Positions 50,531-63,126 of a DNA stretch of 64,000 bases are shown piece after piece. The translations under genes and the position numbers were made by a program. Within the stretch, counting starts at the first letter, position 1. Every line of letters starts with the position of its first letter. The notes beneath the pieces were generated by a model. That model had not been told where the DNA came from. It searched no databases and saw only the letters and a list, made by a program, of their open reading frames with translations. The DNA comes from Chiloscyllium plagiosum (taxonomy: Eukaryota). The stretch lies in assembly GCF_004010195.1 (NCBI RefSeq), contig NC_057720.1:13719189-13783188 (forward strand), written 5' to 3'.

Positions 50531-52649
50531 ACAGAGGGACAGAATACTGAGAGGGTTTTGAACTGATTGGAGGGACCCAACAGGGATTTGTAAGGAGTGC
50601 GTCATGTCTAACCAACTTCATGGAATCTTTGAAGGAAGTGGCAAAAGTAGAAGACAGAATGCCTTTGGATGTAATTTACAAGGACTTGCAGGAAGTATTC
50701 AATAACATACAAATCTGTGAACTAAAATTAAAGCTCTTGGAACTGAAGGCACATTATTAACCTGGTACAGTGGCTGACGATATTAGGGAGAATGGACATG
50801 TATTCAAATTGGATGGAACAAATTGGGTCCCACAGTGATCTGAAATGGGGGGTCAAAAATATTTATGAAAGATTTAATACCGCAATGAACAGCCATGCAT
50901 CTAAATTTGCCAATGTTGTGGAGATTGGTGGCAAATCTGGAAAATGGAAAATGTAAAGCTGCGAAGACACAGCAAGTTAAGTAAATGAGCAAAATTTTGG
51001 CAAATGGATTTTGACATAGGGAATGGGGAAGTCATCCATTTTGCATCCAACATGATGGATCTAATTATTTTTTAAATTAGAAAAAAAATTAGGAACAGTG
51101 GAGGTCTAAGAGGTTTATGAGGTCAGGTACAGTAAATGTAATGGATAGCAAAAAAAATTCAAAATGCCTATGTTATGAGGCAATTCAGAAACAAAGGTAA
51201 AAGCACTCTATTCACGCAAACTGGGAAAAAAGGGTCAAACTCTCTCCCAGAAAAGTCAAATTCAAATAATAACTTTAAATTTGAGATTTGCACATCTTTG
51301 CCAGTCAAGAGACATGGAACCAATGTGGATAGTTCACATTGTTTGTGTGGGATAGTGAAAAGAGTTTTGAGGGGCAGAATGGCCTACTTTTGTTCCATGA
51401 TCCATCATTGCTGTCACTAGGCTAATGTATGTCATTGCTGTACAACGATTCAATGAACTGACAGCAGTTCAATGCTTTAATTATCAACGTCAACCTCAAC
51501 GTCAACCTTGTGCAGAGTACTCCACAAAAATAATCTGCAAAATATTTTAAGAATGAAAGCTTTTCATTAGAAAAATGTGGTACAAACACAGAACTCTCAG
51601 TATAACCCATTAGTTGTACAAGTCTTCAATCTAACCAGACTTCATCACTCATGTGTTATGTGATTAGGTCCATTTGTTGTATAAATATGCTATCACACTG
51701 GGACCAGTGTGCTATTCTTTGAGAGTCACTCTTTCATAATTCATCACATTTGGCATTATACATCCAGGCTGATGTATGTACAGAACATGAATACATTCAA
51801 AATTGGCATATCAAGGTTGATTATAATTTTGTAGATTATTGGCTACAGCATTTAATAACAATTCATGCCTTCGTACCTATTACAGCACAGAATAGTCTTT
51901 GTTAAGCACATTCAATCCTCACAGTTAATGTTTTACAACACCCTTTATATTTTGCATTTCTGTGATTTATGGAATTTGAGGCAAATAAGATAATCGTAAA
52001 ATATGCAGTGAAAAATGAATAGCTATCAAAAAGGAAATTCGCAACGGAAAGAACATCGGTTGCATAATCTGGGTGCTTTCTGTGATCACAAATGGAGGCT
52101 CAGTTTAAAAAGCATGTGAAATGCATCAACCCATTCATTACCTGCAATTCTGACTCATCTCTCGTTTTGCAATATAAGCACAAAGCTGTCATAATATCAG
52201 TTGCAAAAAGTTGAGTAAAGGAAAGGTGTGTAATGTGGTCTTGTTAATATGCCTCCACAATGCACTTGTAGATCTGACTTCAACCAAGTCCTCTATCAGT
52301 GATTACATTACTGGTTGAAAAGTGCTTTGGAAACAACTCCAGGTTACAGAAGACACTATTTAAATGCAAAGAAAAGAAAATGGTGTCTGCTTTTTTAACT
52401 CTCCAAATTGTGTCAGTTCTATCGATCATTTTATGGTACCTATACTCTGAGTAAAGTCATCATTAATTAGAAAGTTTCACAACGAAAACTCACTGATCGG
52501 TTGAGAGCAGAGCTCTGACTCCCTAAGTGATACATATATAGAACCTTGCAGTTCCACATGCAGGCCTATGTTCCTTTATGCAATTTTCAGAAGCAACTTT
52601 GGTATCCAATGGAATTGTTATTACACATTATCCTTACATTCAGCTGAAT

Positions 52650-53010
52650 TGTTATAGAGTTATTGGTCACACAGCATGGAAACAGTCCCCTTGGTGCAAC
52701 TCATTGATGCCGAACAAGCCTCCCAAATTAAACTACTCCCACCTGCCTGCGCCTAGCCCACCCCCCTCACCCATGCAGCCGCCCCCAAATGCAGCAACCG
52801 CACCCCCATCCACCACCCCCTTCAGCAGACCACCCGCACACGAACCACCCTCTGTGAGAAACAATTGCCCCCTAGGTCCTCCCCCCAAATCTGATTCCCT
52901 CTCACCCCAAAAATATGCCACCCAGTTCTGAACTCCCCTTCCCTTGGGAAAAAGCCCTTTGCTATTCACCTTACCTGTACCCCTCACAGCTTTATAAGGT
53001 CACCCCTCAA
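52650..53010 (-). mobile_element. CR1 3' end with clustered T>C (sense A>G) substitutions
   Basis: Collinear with the sibling copies 61256-61640, 15268-15610 and 50160-50510, but T-runs are converted to C-runs. Confidence 0.85.
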
Positions 53011-54946
53011 GTGGGAATTGTGCATTCCTAACACCTTTTTTTTATTCACAGGAGATGTAAGTGGTAGACTTAATTGGAGATCCTACTAGTGAACCCATGG
53101 AAATCCGTGCATGTCAGATACAGACATCAGGTTTCACAAAAGGCGATCTAATTAAGACCATCCATTTTCAGTGGCGGGGGTGGTTATAGAGCAGTAGCAG
53201 CATGGTGGTTCTGGTTCGTTCCTCGTGGCTATGGCAACAATGTGGGTGGCTTCCGGTGGTGATTGAAGTGGCGATGGTTGGTGACCTGGTGGGTTTAGTC
53301 TGTCCCTCCCGCCTATTAGTTTGGAGATGATGGCGTGCTGGGTCTGGTCCAGAAATCCTTACTTTGGCAGCTTCAGGGGCAGCTTCAGCATCAGCATCCC
53401 ATAGTCACTCCATAAGTCCGGGGCGGGGGAATCATAAGGTAACATTTTTCCTAACCTCGTTTCAAGTTTTCCTTTTTTTAATTTCTGTAGTTAAAATGGC
53501 ACCGAATTGTGGTGACTTATATTCATCTCACTGTGCTTCCTTAAATTTTCACAAAGTGACAATAAGTTGCTGTTCTATTCTGTTCATAAACAGGTTTAAT
53601 TTCATTTAATGGAGTTGGGATCCAACATTTTAAGACAGCCAATATTGATAGTTGATTTACTCCAGAGGTCAGCATTGATGAAAGTAACTAAGCTACATTT
53701 ATATATCTCCTTTCCCAACCTCAGGACATTGTACGGTATTTTACAGTAAGCCAATTAAGTACGTTTGAAGTGTAGTCATCTTCATGATATAGGAAACGAG
53801 GCAGCCAAATCCTATGTAGAATTGTGTCCAATATTTAAAGACTTTCTTTTATTTCTCTTCCAAATACAATTCAAATTGAATGATATCAATTGCACTTCAT
53901 GTACTGATAGGATTTCTAGAGTCTCACATCCTCATTCAAAAACCTGCTCACGTGGTCAACAATAGGAAAATCCCAGTGAATTGGCAACAGAAAGAATGAA
54001 CATGTTTTGGTTCAGAATCACACGATCACTGAAGCAATTACACGTCCAGGGATCTGAATATCATTTATAATGGTGTCCTTTATCCTCTCAAGTGACTTCA
54101 GAGAACATTTAAACAACAGGAACGTCAGGAATATATTCTGATAAATTTATCTAATATCAGGCAAACTTCTAACCCCAGAATATTTCTGTGGCCTAGACAG
54201 GGGAGAGTCAGTTTAAAAGAGAGAAGTAGGGATCTGCAATTTCAAGCTCACTTTTCTAAGTCCACAACAAAAGTAGATAGTATTGGCGAAACTCAGCAGG
54301 TCTGGCAGCATCTGCACGGAAAACAGAGTCAACGTTTTGAGTCCAGTGACACTTTGCCAGAACAGAATGTCTACATCCAATGTTCATTTCTTCAGAGTGC
54401 AGTAAGAGACTATTAATCAACCACTAAAATGGATATAATTAGCGTAGTAGTGGATTTCAATGGGTAGCTTCTCTGAGACTCCATGTTTTAATGCAATTTC
54501 ATCTTAAAAGGTATACAAATATAGCAATGATACAAGTCAGAACATAAAATGAAATAAGAGAGCTTTGAATTTCGAAGAGAACATTAGCAAGAGAAAATCA
54601 AATAATCTTCGGGAATTACAAAGAATGAACAGAACAGAAACCGGCCAGATGGTCGATGATAGTTTTTATGTTCAAAACAAATCTCCTCCCACCTTTCATC
54701 CAACCCTGTCAGCACAGCCTTCTACACCTTTTGCCCTTGTGTTTTATCGAGCACTCCTTTAGAAAATACAGAAGGATAACATGGACGTATTTTAAAGTGC
54801 TAACTTTAAACTGGTATATTTGCTCACAAAATGTTAAGGCATTAGTGAGAATATTGGTGTTAAGAATGCACTGTTGTAATAAGAGCCAGCGATGAAGCTG
54901 GAAAGGCTATGGAGGTACATTTAAGTAGCACAGAAAGTGCTAGATT

Positions 54947-55102
54947 AAATTCTCAGCCACATTAGGAAGATTTAAACAATCCTTAGGTAAGCACATGGAT
55001 GATTTTGAGATAGTGCAGGGGGACGAGCTGAGAATAGTTCACAGGTCGGTGCAACATTGAGGGCCGAAGGGCCTGTTCTGTGCTGTATTATTCCATGTTC
55101 TG
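54947..55102 (+). mobile_element. Short CR1 3'-end element
   Basis: Same start (aaattc-tcagccacattagg) and body as 46734-46898. Confidence 0.8.
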
Positions 55103-55525
55103 AAGTATGACAGGCATGAAAGGCACCCAGCACAATGTTAAAATGAATGACAGTGGGATGTATTCTACTCCTTTCCAAATGTGCTCAAGAAAATCTCCCC
55201 CAGCAGAATGATAATAATAGGCTTTAGCCAAGCCTAAAGAACATCAGCTATAGTACCTGCAGCTGGATTCAGATGTAAAGTTAAATGATTTTCTTTTTGT
55301 TTTGATTGCAAGCAATTATTAGCCCAGCTTTAAGCTGAGATTACTTTCCAACTGTCCTGATTTTATCCAAGCCCGCAGGAAAATAAAAAGGTTGGTTGAG
55401 CGTTCTAATCAGATCCTGCTTTGCACATGTACCATAAACAACACAATCGTTCCTCTTAACAAGAATCAAAAGGAAAATCTGCAACAATTTACTTTTACAC
55501 AGACAACCTGAACTATTAAATTATA

Positions 55526-55932
55526 AGGTAAAAACAATGACTACAGATGCTGGAAACCAGATTCTGGATTAGTGGTGCTGGAAGAGCACAGCAGTTCAGG
55601 TAGCATCCGAGAGGCAGTAAAATCAACGTTTCGGGCAAAAGCCCTTCATCGGGAATAAAGGCAGAGAGCCTGAAGGGTGGAGAGATAAGCTAGAGGAGGG
55701 TGGGGGTGGGGAGAAAGTAGCATAGAGTACAATAGGTGAGTGGGGGAAGGGATGAAGGTGATAGGTCGGGGGCGGGGGGGAGGGTGGAGCGGATAGGTGG
55801 AAAAGGAGATAGGCAGGTCGGACAAGTCATGGGGACAGTGCTGAGCTGGAAGTTTGGAACTAGGGTGAGGTGGGGGAAGGGGAAATGAGGAAACTGTTGA
55901 AGTCCACATTGATGCCCTGAAGTTGAAGTGCC
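55526..55932 (-). mobile_element. Penelope-like element 3' end (GIY-YIG tail, UTR, hammerhead, terminal)
   Basis: The minus strand reads GTSTS/GINVDFNSFLISP, then a pyrimidine-rich UTR and CCGATGAAGGGCTTTTGCCCGAAACGTTGA; it matches 26460-26670. Confidence 0.88.
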
Positions 55933-56269
55933 CTTGGATTATAAAACATAAAAGAATGCAAATGGAATCTATATTCTAGGGATGGTGATCCGGAGCGACA
56001 AAGAAATGCAGACAAAGCAATATTTGATTGTGTGGAGAACTCACTAACTGAATAGAATAAAATAACTTCATTTATCCAGGCTACATGAAGTGAATGACTG
56101 TTTTGGGGATATTTTCAGCACAAATATTTTACTACACTGTATTCCTCTCAGTTCTCCTTTCTTTCCTTTACACTCTGTCAAAATGAGAAACCCCATCAAG
56201 GATAATGAAAAGTTTATGAAACACTGGAATCCAGTAAGTTGCTTCCAGTGAGTAACTTATCTTTTAATA

Positions 56270-56458
56270 AAGTCAGAAGTTATACAACATCAGGGTTATA
56301 GTCCAACAGCTCTATTTGAAATCTCAACTTTTCGGAGTGCTGTCCCTTCACCTGCTGAAGGAGCAGCGATCCGAAAGCTTGTGATTTCAAATAAACGTGG
56401 TGCCATGTGACTTCTGACTTTGTCCACCCCAGTCCGACAGCGACACCTCCACATCATG
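56270..56458. mobile_element. PLE family B palindrome, degenerate
   Basis: ttttcggagtgctgtcccttca-CCTGCTGAAGGAGCAGCGATCCGAAAGCTTG. Confidence 0.75.
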
Positions 56459-57050
56459 GTTCCCTTTTAATACCAAAAGACTGGTCATTTCAGATTTATT
56501 CTGCCAGGGATGGTGGACATAGGCAGCAAAGCCAGCCTGTCAACTAGCTACCTTGGTACGCTATTTCAGAGCACATTTAAGATTCAATATCATTGCCCAC
56601 CCTCTGGAATCATCAGCAGGCCAGACCTGGTATATCAGAGATTCCATTTTTTAAAAAGGGCTTTGGCGACCCAGATGGGTTTCTGCACCAATAGATGATC
56701 CATTTCATGGTTACTGTTACTGAGGTTTGCTCCTAATTCCAGACTTTATTGACTGAATTTAAATTCCGTCAGATTCCTTAAAAGGATTTGAATCCCCTGA
56801 GCATTAAACTGGGCCTCTGGATTACTAATCTACTGATATGGTCACTACACTACCGTCTCCCACCCCAACAGCACGCCGCAGGGATTTCAGTTGTGTGGAG
56901 AGGATTGTTGTCCTCCACAGCACAACGAAGGCGAGATGAGATTTTATAATTAGCAGTCAAAACTATGAGTAAATAAGGAGAAATGGTTCCCATGGTCAAG
57001 GGAGTTTGTAACCAGAGGACACTGTTTTAAGATAATTGCTAAAAGAACCA

Positions 57051-57361
57051 GATTAGATTAGATTCCCTACAGTGTGGAAACAGGCCCTTCAGCCCAACAA
57101 GTGCACATCGACCATCCAAAGAGCAACCCACCCAGACCCATTCCCCTACACCTAACACTATGGACAATTTAGCATGGCCAATTCACCTAACCTACACATC
57201 TTTGGTCTGTGGGAGGAAACCCGAGCACCCGGAGGAAACCTACGCAGACACGGGGAGAATGTGCAAACTCCATACAGACAATTGCCCGAGGCAGGAATTG
57301 AACCTGGGTCCCTGGTGCTGTGAGGTAATAGTAGTGCTAACCACTGAGCCACCATGCCACC
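57051..57361 (-). mobile_element. V-SINE inserted in an old CR1 3' end
   Basis: gattagattagattccc tail through gtgctaaccactgagccaccatgccacc head. Confidence 0.92.
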
Positions 57362-58879
57362 ATTAGAGATGGGATTTTCTTTCAAGGAACCCAATTGTTT
57401 ACAATCTGGAATGCACTGCCTGAGAGATAGGCATAAGAAAATCCAATAGTAATTTTCAAAAGGAAATTGATGTATGTTTGAAGAGGAAAAGAAAATTGCA
57501 GGGCAATGGGGGGTGGGACTAATCAGGTAAGAGCTGGCACAAACATGGTAACAACAAATGCATCCTTATTTACTTCACTGAGCATAGGAAGAATACTGGC
57601 ATTGACCATCTGATTCAGTCATTTTTTTCTCTCCACTCTTTGTGATTCCAATTCACTTCAACATTCCCAGTAAATCTCCAGCTTTTGTTGCAGGCAGGAT
57701 TTCTTTAATCCATGTGGAATTTTTATGATTAATATATCAATGCATTATTTCATGATAAATTAAGCTCAGGTCTCTTTTCTCTCGGACTGCAGAAAGAATT
57801 GCTCCTTTTTTTTGTTAAAACCCATTTGTCATTTTATGTAAGAGCCATAACAGAGGGAATCTTCAGCACGTTAAAACCTGAATGCGACTGAAACTGTGTT
57901 TAAGAATTGGATATTTTTATGTTAAAACCAACCTATTTGGGGAGCTGACAACTTCTGGAAGTAGTTCCCTAGTTATTTTAAACAATATGTTCAGAAAGGT
58001 TATGATACATCTGCACAGGCAGATGGGAACCCAGTCCTCCTGTATCTGAGGTAGGGGCACCACCATAACACCACTAGGAGCTTCACACCAGCAGCTATGA
58101 TAATGTGAGGTTTCTGCACCAGAGCACTGAACTTGTTTTCCAACTTCTCTGTTTATCGTGCCAATCAATTAGTAATTCAATATTCAGTTAATGAACAGTC
58201 CCAGACAATTAGTAATTGATGTGTATTTACATTGGTAATCCAATTCAGTTAAATAATAGAAAAGTGCCTATAGCACTTAACACAGAGTCAGATTTTTGTT
58301 ACAAAGTCTTTTTTAATTGTCAGAATGTGTGGAATGAGACTCATTTGGTAGACAGCTGAACCTGATCAGGCAACCAAACATCTGAAGGGTTGTGCACACT
58401 AGGTTGGTTTACAATGTATATTTTACAGCCCAGGAGCAAAACGTTCTCATCATTTATTCAAACTTTTTGACGGATGCAAAATACAGACAAGGTGCAGAAT
58501 TTGAAATGGGTTCTTCGAGTGTTCAGGGTCCTCCTTTTGGTTTCATGTGAGGCTGCAAAATGCAAATGGAACTCCTCTGCAACATCTGTCTTTAGCTAAG
58601 CTGCAGAATGCTAAATGGAGGTCCCTACCTGGGGGATGACAGGAAGAGATAAATTGGGTTTGGATCACTGCAAGATGGTGAAACAACAAAGAGCACTGAG
58701 GGAAAGGGGAAAGGTTTCTGCAGAGTTCCAATATATATCAAATGCCGGCGCAGGAGACTGAATGATACTCTCATCAAATATCCAGCACTTCATTATTGTT
58801 AAATCACTAAAAGATCAGGTCTGTGTAAACTCTTTGACCAAGCCATCCAATCCCCGATCCCCACTGCTTCTCCATTGTC

Positions 58880-59040
58880 CTCCAAATTCTTAACATTCGC
58901 CTGTACCTGTGTCTTTGTTTTTGCCGGTGTTTCCCTATTATTTACTATCTATGCTACTTAACTCTGTGATCTGCCTGTATTGCTCACAACACAAAGCTTT
59001 TCACTGTGCCTCAGTACACGTGACAATCAATTCAATTCAA
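58880..59040 (+). mobile_element. Rex1/Babar-type LINE 3' UTR
   Basis: tgatctgcctgtattgctcacaacacaaagcttttcactgtgcctcagtacacgtgacaatc(aattc)n. Confidence 0.55.
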
Positions 59041-59054
59041 ACTTTTTCTTTGCA

Positions 59055-61250
59055 GGTTTACAAAGTGAGGGAACCCTTAGGAGGCAGTGATCATAATATG
59101 ATTGAATTTACTCTGCAATTTGAGAGACAGAAGACCGAATCAGAGGTAACTGTATTTCAGCTGAATAAAAGGTAAGGACAGAGGCATGAGGGAGGAGCTG
59201 GGTAGAATTGACTGGGAGAGGAGCCTAGCAGGAAAGACAGAGGAACAATAATGGTAGGTGTTTCTGGGAGTAATTCAGGAGACACAGCAGTGACTCATCC
59301 CAAGGAAAAGGAAGCATGGGACAGGGAGGATGAGGCAACTATGGCTGAGTAAGGAAGTCAGGGATATCATTTAAGCAAAAGAGAAAGCATATAAAGTACT
59401 GAAGAACAGTGGGAAACCAGAGGATTGGGGAGCTTACAAAGACCAACAATAAAAGAAATAAGGAGGGAGAAGATTAAATGTGAGGATAAGCTCACCAGTA
59501 ATGTAAAGGAAGACCGTAAGAGTTTCTTTGGATATATCAAGGGCAAAAGAGAGGCAAAAGTGGGCATTGGGCTGCTGGAAAATGACGCTGGAGAGATAGC
59601 AATGAGGAACGAAGAAATGGCTGAGGAACTGAATAATTACTTCACATCAGTCTTAACGGTGGAAGGCACAAACAATTTCCCAAAAATTCAAGAGGGGGCA
59701 GAGCTGAGTATGGTGGCCATCATAAGGTGGATAAGGTGGATAAATCACTTGGACCAAATGGATTACACCCCAGAATTCTAAGGGAGATAGCTGAAGAGAT
59801 AGTGGAGGTGTTAGTGGTGACCTTTCAGGAATCGTTAGAATCAGGAAGGGTCCCAGACAACTGGAAAATTGCTAATGTGACACCCTTGTTTAAAAAGGGA
59901 GTGAGGCAAAAACACAGAAAATTACAGACTGGTTAGCCTAACCTCCGTAGTGAATAAGATCCTGGAATCCGTTGTGAAGGATGAGATTTCTGAATACTTG
60001 GAAGTGTATAGTAAAATAGGACAAAGGCAGCATGGTTTTATCAAGGGTAGGAAGTAACAAACAGGTTAGAACAAGGAGAGTCAGTGGATGTTATCTACCT
60101 GGTCTTCAAGAAGGCCTTTGACAAGGTGCCACACAGGGGGCTACTGAGTAAGGTAATGGCCTGTGGTGTCAGAGACAAGCATGGATAGTATGGATAAAAG
60201 ATTGGCTGTCTGGCAGAAAGCAGAGAGTGGAGATAAAAGGGTTCTTCTCAGCTCATGATAAGTGGTGTTCACTTCATACATTAGCGATCTAGATGAAGGA
60301 ATTCTGGCTAAGTTTGCAAATGATACAAAGATAGGTAGAGGGACAGGTAGCATTGAGAAGGTTGGGGGAGGGGGGCTGTAGAAGGATTTGGACAGGTTAG
60401 GAGAGTGGGCAAAGAAGTGGCAGATGGAATACAATGTGGGAAAGTGTGAGGTCATGCACTTTGGTAGGAAGAATAGAGGCATGGACTATTTTCTAAATGG
60501 GGAGAAAATTCAGAAGTTTGAAGTGCAAAGTGACTTGGGAGTTCTAGTCTAGGATTCTCTCAAGGTAAACTTGCAGGTTGAGTCAGTAGTTAGGAAGACA
60601 AATGCAATGATGGCATTTATTTCCAGAGAACTTGAATATAAAAGCAAGGATGTACTTCTGAGACTCAAGGAGGCTCTGGTCAGACCACATTTGCAGTACA
60701 GTGTGCAGTTTTGTGCGCCATATCTCAGGAAAGATGTACTGGCTCTAGAGTATTCAGAGGAGGTTCACGAGAATGGTCCCAGGAATAAAAAGCTTGACAT
60801 ATGAGAAACATTTGAGGACTCTGGGTCTATACACAATGGAGTTGATAAGGATAGGGTGGGGGTGGGGGGGGGGGTGGAATCTAACTGAAACATACAGAAT
60901 ACTGAATGGCTGAGACAGAATGGATGTTGGGAAGATGTTTCCATTGGTAGGAGAGACTAAGACCCAAGGGCATGGCCTTAGATTAAAGGGAAGACCTTTT
61001 AGAATGGAGATAGGGAAAAACTTCTTCAGTCAGAGAGTGGAGAATCTATGGAATTCATTTCCACAGAAGGCTGTGGAGGCCAGGTCATTAAGTATATTTA
61101 AGACTGAGATGGATAGATTCTCGAGTATCGCAGAGATCAAAGGTTACAGAGAGAAAGCTGGAGGATAGGGTTGAGAAACTTATCAGCCATGATTGGATGG
61201 CAGAGTAGACTCGATGGGCTGAATGGCTTAATTTCTGTTCCTGTGTCTTA
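59055..61250 (+). mobile_element. Longest CR1 LINE remnant (~2.2 kb: endonuclease end, tether, RT, 3' UTR), pseudogenised
   Basis: VREPLGGSDHNMIEF; EMAEELNNYFTSV; KSLGPNGLHPRILREIAEEI..WKIANVTPLFKKG; FKKAFDKVPH; KFANDTK; ALVRPHLQYSVQF; NFFSQRVENLWNS. Confidence 0.95.
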
Positions 61251-61255
61251 AGGAT

Positions 61256-61675
61256 ATAGAGTCATAGAGTGATACAGCATGGAAACAGACCCTTTGGTCC
61301 AACTAGTCCATGACGACCATAATTCCAAACCAAACCAGTCCCACCTGCCTGCACTTGGTTCATATCCCTCCAAACCTTTCCTATTCATGAACATATCCAA
61401 GTGTCTTTTAAACATTGAGACTGTAGCCGCATCCACCACTTCATCTGGCAGGTCAGTCCACACACGAACCACTCCCTGTGTAAAAAAGTTGCCCCTCATG
61501 TCCCTTTTAAATCTTCCTCCTCTCACTTTAAAAATGTACCCGCTAGTTTTGAACTCCCCCAACCTCGGGAAAAGACCCTTGTCATTCATCTTATCTATGC
61601 CCCTCATGATTTTATCAGCCTCAATAAGGTTATCTCTCAACCTTCTACGTTTCAGTTAAAAAAGTCCCAGTCTTT
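61256..61675 (-). mobile_element. CR1 3' end, tail-to-tail with the preceding element
   Basis: ORF 61248-61640 reads RDNLIEADKIMRGIDK..RGNFFTQGVVRVWTDLP. Confidence 0.92.
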
Positions 61676-62039
61676 TCATATGCCCATTTCCATATGTCAA
61701 CAGAAACATAAGTAGGGAGAGAGGGAAATTCTGTTTCATGTAAATCCTGGAATTGAAGAGGAGGAATAAATATCCCCTTTCTATGCTGTAAATTCTCTGT
61801 AAGTCTATAGTCAACTCTTACTTGAAGACTGCTATTGAATTTTATTAATAATCTAATTTCAATTCATAACAACCCACTGCACGAAAACAAATTCTTCACT
61901 TGATTCCTCCTTTGCCAACTATCTTAAACTGTCTGGTTATGGATCCTCCTGCTCAGTGAGGGAGACGTTATGAGACTGAGAGGGAAAGCTGTTTCCAGTC
62001 ATTTGCCAACCCGTCTGTAACAACGACCAATCTGTATCT

Positions 62040-62850
62040 GTGACTCCGCTGGTAGAGCTCTTGCCTCTCCAATCAGAAGTTGTAGATTTCAGTCCCATTT
62101 CAGTGGTTTAAGAATAAAAGCCCTGGTACAGTACTGAGGGAATGCAGCACTGCCAGTTTTGCAACCTTTTGGATGATATTAAAGCAAGACTCCTCCTATT
62201 CTAGATAGGAGGTCGATATAAAATACTCCATTGCATTAGTCTGAAGAAGCACAGGGGAGCTGTCGAGGGGATCTTTTGATTTGATTTACTTGATTTATCA
62301 TTGTCACATGGACCTAGGTAAAATGTAAAGTTTTAATTGTGTGCAGTCCAAGCATCTCATAGCATAAAACGTGTCTTAGGTTATAGAATGTAGCAAGGAA
62401 TACAATGTTACAACTGCAAGATCAAGATCAATTAAATTTATAATTTGAGAGGTCCGTTCAGAATTCTAATCAGACTGGGGAAGAAGCTGTTCTTGAACCT
62501 GTTGATATGTGTGTTTGAAGTTTTATATCTTCTGCCCGATGGAAGAGGTTGGAAGAGATTATAACCGGGATGGGAGGGGCCTTTGATTATCTTGGCTGAC
62601 TTCTTGAGGCAGCGAGGATTATCAACATCACTCAAAAAAATCAGATGAGCTGATTCCTATTTCATTGTTACTTATGGGACCTTGCTACGTGTAAATTGAC
62701 TGCTGCATTTCACTGCATGTGAACTTCAAAAATTATCTCATTGAAGGGTCTGTTTCCGTGCTGTACATCTCTGTGCCTCTACGACTCTATGACTGTTAAG
62801 TGTATTGGGACATCTTGAGGTCACCAAAATGAGCTTTGAAATATTATTCT
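62040..62850 (+). mobile_element. Deu-domain SINE split by a Rex1-type insert
   Basis: cagtactgagggaatgcagcactg..gaagaagcacaggggag | insert | tcaacatcact..gggaccttgctacgtgtaaattgactgc. Confidence 0.65.
62277..62620 (-). mobile_element. Rex1/Babar LINE RT C-terminus and 3' UTR
   Basis: ORF 62438-62635 reads IIKGPSHPGYNLFQPLPSGRRYKTSNTHINRFKNSFFPSLIRILN; (tttga)n tail. Confidence 0.8.
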
Positions 62851-63126
62851 TACTGTTACTTAATGGGTGCAGCTCTGGTAACACTCAAGAAGCGTGACAC
62901 AACCAGGACAAAGCAGCCTGCTTGATTGACGCTACATCCACAAACATTCACTCCCTCCACTACTGATGTTTAGTAGCAGCAGTATTTCCCGTCGACAAGA
63001 ATCACTGACAGCATCTTCCGAATTCACTACCACAAGGACAAGGGCAATAAATTCATAGGAACAAATCCACTTGCAAGTTCCCCTCCAAGGCTCTCTCATG
63101 ACTTGGAAATATATCATCATACATTG

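Noticed and set aside
59055..61250. Possible active reverse transcriptase gene
   Set aside because: Multiple stops, frameshifts and internal deletions, and the catalytic FADD motif is mutated to FAND.
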